A DNA stretch of 64,000 bases. It comes from Gammaproteobacteria bacterium (lineage in GTDB: Bacteria; Pseudomonadota; Gammaproteobacteria; UBA4575). The number at the start of each line of letters is the position of its first letter. Position 1 is the stretch's first letter. The stretch lies in contig CBDEUS010000002.1 of the NCBI GenBank assembly GCA_965243395.1, forward strand, positions 928,001-992,000. Reading direction: 5' to 3'. Shown here piece by piece: positions 60,233 through 64,000 of this stretch. The position numbers were made by a program, and so were the translations under genes. The notes beneath the pieces are model-generated. The model saw only the letters and a program-made list of their open reading frames with translations, searched no databases and was not told the DNA's origin.

Positions 60233-61594
60233 TCATTCTAATTCAAGCTTTTGCAGCCGGTATCGCAGCTGTCTAAAGGTGATTCCCAATAGTTTAGCAG
60301 CAGCTGTTTTATTCCAGCGAGTTTTTTCTAAGGCAGCAATAATGGCTTTGCGTTCTTTCTGAATAAGATAATCTTCAAGCTGGTCTACAGAGAGAGAGAT
60401 AGAGGATTCGTCAGGGTTGACCGTATCAGTTTTTGTAGCCGGTTCATTATTGGGTAAATCAAGATCATTGGCATCAATTTCAGATCCGTCGCACAATGTA
60501 GCTGCACGTTCTAAAATATTTTCGAGTTCACGAATATTACCTGGAAAAGTATAGGCCTGAAGCTTCTCAATAGCTTCTTCTGACAAGTTGTATGAATTTC
60601 CATTGCTTGCAGAAATTCTGTTTAGCATAAAGTTGGCAAGAATTGGTAAATCTGTGATTCGTTCTCGAAGCGGAGGTATATTCAATTCGATTACATTGAT
60701 TCGATAATATAAATCTTGTCGAAAACTACCTGATTCTACTTCAGCGGCAAGATCTTTATGAGTTGCGCTCAGAAGGCGAATATCCACAGGTATTTCTTTT
60801 TGACTGCCAACAGGCTTGATCGCCTTTTCCTGAATTGCACGTAATAATTTAACCTGCATATGAATTGGAAGTTCTGCAATTTCATCTAAAAATAAAGTAC
60901 CACCATTTGCAGCTTGAAAAAGACCTTCTTTATCGTTTACAGCACCAGTAAAACTTCCTTTCACATGACCAAAGAATTCGCTTTCCATAAGCTCAGTAGG
61001 AATTGCGCCACAGTTTACAGGTACGAAACTTGCGCTTGCTCGTGGTCCTTGCTGATGTATTTGTGTGGCAACCAACTCTTTCCCTACACCAGATTCACCA
61101 CGTAGATAAACGGGTGCTTGACTACGAGCTAACTTATCTATCTTTTGTCGCAACTCAAGCATCGCATCCGATTCACCTAGTAACTTTTGTGATTGTTTAC
61201 TTGCGCCATCACTTGTAACTTCAATTGGCGTGCTTGAAACTTTTAGCGCAGTATCAACCAACCCACGTAACATGTTTAAGTCAATAGGTTTGGAAACAAA
61301 GTCAAAAGCGCCTGCTTTCAGAGCTTTTATGGCAGTTTCCATACTGCCAAATGCAGTGATTACAGCTACTGGGATATGTGGAAATCGAGCTTGAATATGT
61401 TCAACTAATTCAATGCCTGTGCCGTCAGGAAGTTTCATGTCAGTGAGACATAAATCAAAAGGTTGATTATCAAGAAGTGATTTAGCTTCACGCACATTAG
61501 CAGCTGCATGTGAATCTAAATTCATGCGGCTTAGCGTTATTTCCAGTAACTCTCTTATATCAGGTTCGTCATCTACGACTAATATATTTTTCAA
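60233..61594 (-). CDS. pilR: sigma54-dependent response regulator PilR
   Basis: Receiver (VVDDE, TDMKLP), GESGVGKE, ESEFFGH.KGSFTGA, FPGNIRELEN, Fis-type HTH (RWNKTAAAKLLGITFRQLRYRL). Confidence 0.94.
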   Translation of the reverse strand: MKNILVVDDEPDIRELLEITLSRMNLDSHAAANVREAKSLLDNQPFDLCLTDMKLPDGTGIELVEHIQARFPHIPVAVITAFGSMETAIKALKAGAFDFVSKPIDLNMLRGLVDTALKVSSTPIEVTSDGASKQSQKLLGESDAMLELRQKIDKLARSQAPVYLRGESGVGKELVATQIHQQGPRASASFVPVNCGAIPTELMESEFFGHVKGSFTGAVNDKEGLFQAANGGTLFLDEIAELPIHMQVKLLRAIQEKAIKPVGSQKEIPVDIRLLSATHKDLAAEVESGSFRQDLYYRINVIELNIPPLRERITDLPILANFMLNRISASNGNSYNLSEEAIEKLQAYTFPGNIRELENILERAATLCDGSEIDANDLDLPNNEPATKTDTVNPDESSISLSVDQLEDYLIQKERKAIIAALEKTRWNKTAAAKLLGITFRQLRYRLQKLELE

Positions 61595-63234
61595 GATTTT
61601 GACTCTCCTGCTTTATTGGTAGCGAGGCTGACATCTGCAGGAAATTCTATTCTGAAGCAGCTGCCACCATCAGGCATACTAATATAACGTAAATCTCCAC
61701 CATTATTTTTGCATAATTCCCTTGAAAGGTATAAACCGAGGCCTGTACCAGTATCACTGGTAGTAAAAAATGGTTCAAATAATTGTTTTTGATGTTCAAT
61801 ATCTATCCCCGGTCCATTATCAATCACATCTAAATAAGGAGCAGAGTGACCTTGGCTAGTATCGACTATTAGCTGAAGGCGAAAATTTTCTTTGCTAGAA
61901 CCATATTTCTTAGCATTTTTGCAGAGGTTCCATAACACTTGGTGTAAGTTATTTGGATCCATCATAGTAAATGCATCGGAAGGTGTAATTTTTAATGAAA
62001 CCCAATCTTTTTGTAGCTCATTAGTACGGGTGAATTCTTCAATAAATTTTCGCAACCATAAGCCTAAGTTTATTTTTTCTGGCTTAGGTTTTTCGCGCCG
62101 TGATAAACGCAAAACATTGTTGATAATTGTGTTCAAACGAATAGATTGGTCTTGAATTATTGTAGCGAGTCTTTTATCTGCTTTATGCAGCTCCGAAGAT
62201 TCGTCTAACAACTGTGCAGCATGACTGATAGCACCTAGTGGGTTTCTAATTTCATGTGCAATACTTGCTGTGAGTCTACCTAAGGATGCTAATTTCGTTT
62301 CTTGAACTTGTTTGTCGACTTCAGTGTTGTCATTAAGATAAATTACAGACCCTCTGTCATGTTTACGTAAACCCACGGGTACAATTCGTATCTGAAGATC
62401 TGCTTTGTTAGTACGTCTTAATTTTCCCAGATAGTTTCTGAATTCTGTATTTTCTGTTGATGCTTTATTCCATGATTTATATAAATCAAATAAAGGTACA
62501 GATACGTCTAAAAGTTTAGAATTATCATTTATATCTGGTTGATCCAATAATTTCCACGCCGCATGGTTATGCATTCGAATTGTGCCGGTATCATCAATCA
62601 CCATAATTCCGGCATCCATTCGATTAATTAAATGCTCATTGAGTTTTCCCAAATTGGCTAAGTCAATCCCACGTTGTGCAGCAAGTTTGGCGCTTTCGCT
62701 AGCGCGATGCGCTAAAGTAATTGCTAATAATGCAGTGGCGAATAGAGCGGCACCAAGAAGACCTGCCTGAGTGTAAGCCGTTTTTTCAAATAGACCATGT
62801 AAGTTTGCATAAATTTCATGGCCGAGAATTGCTAGAGTGGCTAGAGCAGCGAATAGCAATGCAGACTTGCCCGGCAAAAGTAAACTTCCGCCAGCTACAA
62901 CAGCGATAATTAAGGTACCAAAACCACTGGTCACGCCACCATACAAATTCATTAAAGCGATGATCGCTATAATATCTACAGTGATTGAGATATAAACTTG
63001 TGATTTGTATGGCAACCATCTGAAGTATGCAACAATAAGCGCAAGTATTGCGGTAAGAAAATAAATACCACTTACCCACCGTAGTAAATGTGGGTCAAGA
63101 GAAGAGAGGAATCTTGTACTGTCAATAAAAAGACTAAGACTAAAAAATATTATGGCAACAATAATTCGATATACTGAAAATAGCCTAAGTGCAGGCCACT
63201 GTTGCGTGGTTTTATCTTCTTGTGTATTGCTCAT
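61591..63234 (-). CDS. pilS: Sensor histidine kinase PilS
   Basis: Multi-TM N-terminus, ASLGRLTASIAHEIRNPL, NLCKNA, DNGPG, FEPFFTT, GTGLGL. Start set at ATG 63234. Confidence 0.93.
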   Translation of the reverse strand: MSNTQEDKTTQQWPALRLFSVYRIIVAIIFFSLSLFIDSTRFLSSLDPHLLRWVSGIYFLTAILALIVAYFRWLPYKSQVYISITVDIIAIIALMNLYGGVTSGFGTLIIAVVAGGSLLLPGKSALLFAALATLAILGHEIYANLHGLFEKTAYTQAGLLGAALFATALLAITLAHRASESAKLAAQRGIDLANLGKLNEHLINRMDAGIMVIDDTGTIRMHNHAAWKLLDQPDINDNSKLLDVSVPLFDLYKSWNKASTENTEFRNYLGKLRRTNKADLQIRIVPVGLRKHDRGSVIYLNDNTEVDKQVQETKLASLGRLTASIAHEIRNPLGAISHAAQLLDESSELHKADKRLATIIQDQSIRLNTIINNVLRLSRREKPKPEKINLGLWLRKFIEEFTRTNELQKDWVSLKITPSDAFTMMDPNNLHQVLWNLCKNAKKYGSSKENFRLQLIVDTSQGHSAPYLDVIDNGPGIDIEHQKQLFEPFFTTSDTGTGLGLYLSRELCKNNGGDLRYISMPDGGSCFRIEFPADVSLATNKAGESKS

Positions 63235-63370
63235 AGCAGTATTAAGCAATATAAATTAGCGTAAGTAATCATTCATTAGATGTATGTGAGCATACAGCAG
63301 CTAATATATATGTGCTTAAATTCATCGGTATAATAAGCTGGCCGATCGTCATAACATTAAATACATAAAT

Positions 63371-64000
63371 ATGAATATACATGAATACCAAGCGAAAGCC
63401 TTATTTGCAGACAACGAAATTCCTGTCTTATCTTCACACTTAATTGAGATGGGTGACGATGTTCAGTCTATCTGTGATGAACTCAAGCATCAATCCTGGG
63501 TTGTAAAAGCACAAGTGCACGCAGGAGGTCGAGGCAAAGCCGGAGGCGTAAAACTGGTGAGAGATTCAAATCTGTTAGCAGAAACAGTTTTAGATATGCT
63601 AGGAAATACTCTTAGAACTAAGCAAACAGGTAAATCAGGACTGCCGATTAATGCGGTTTTACTGGAAGAGGTAATTGATATAGAAACTGAGCTTTATCTC
63701 GCTTTGCTGATTGATCGATCTGTAAAGCAGCTAGCAATAATCGCTTCTGCTGAGGGCGGTATGGATATTGAAGAGGTGGCTAAAAATACTCCAGAGAAAA
63801 TCATAAAACACTATATTCATCCTGCAGTGGGCATTCAGAGCAATCAAATAAATGATATCGGCTATGCGCTAAATTTTTCTAGATCTCAAATTAAACAATT
63901 TTCAAAAATTATACAAAATCTTGTTAAATTATTTTTAGATAACGATTGTAGTTTGATTGAAGTTAATCCATTAATCGTAAACTCAGATGGTGACCTTATC
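63371..64000 (+). CDS. sucC: Succinyl-CoA synthetase beta subunit, 3'-truncated by window edge
   Basis: MNIHEYQAK, VVKAQVHAGGRGKAGGVK, EGGMDIEEVA, LIEVNPL; absent from the ORF track because no stop lies in the window. Confidence 0.95.
   Translation, partial: MNIHEYQAKALFADNEIPVLSSHLIEMGDDVQSICDELKHQSWVVKAQVHAGGRGKAGGVKLVRDSNLLAETVLDMLGNTLRTKQTGKSGLPINAVLLEEVIDIETELYLALLIDRSVKQLAIIASAEGGMDIEEVAKNTPEKIIKHYIHPAVGIQSNQINDIGYALNFSRSQIKQFSKIIQNLVKLFLDNDCSLIEVNPLIVNSDGDLI

Overview
AT-rich gammaproteobacterial chromosomal window. About two thirds is conserved housekeeping: partial Nif3/YbgI gene, petABC-sspAB-macrodomain, FAD oxidase/gmhA/yraN/lpoA, rsmI, RNase P RNA, a complete dcw cluster (mraZ to ftsZ, with murB), lpxC, dciA, M23 peptidase, secA, argJ, Nudix-ThiE fusion, and a partial sucC at the right end. 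The rest is a co-oriented minus-strand type IV pilus locus (pilS-pilR-pilA ... pilB-pilC-pilD-coaE-zapD) with a ~17 kb, 14-gene glycosylation island between pilA and pilB. The island encodes a TMTC/TfpW-like GT-C membrane transferase, a Dol-P-Man-synthase-like GT2, DUF354, an AsnB-type amidotransferase, a GT4, a pseudaminic-acid pathway with a formyltransferase in place of PseH, two NeuB-family synthases (one lacking a conserved His), a candidate nonulosonate transferase and a Wzx flippase. It has no initiating phosphoglycosyl transferase and no O-antigen-ligase-type OTase. This is the best candidate for an undescribed system: a pilin O-glycosylation route possibly built on a polyprenyl monophosphate. 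Smaller oddities are a pilD N-terminus with no canonical start codon, tandem CsrA-type GGA hairpins, and a hairpin-repeat leader before lpxC. Family calls come from motif recognition by eye; no searches were run.
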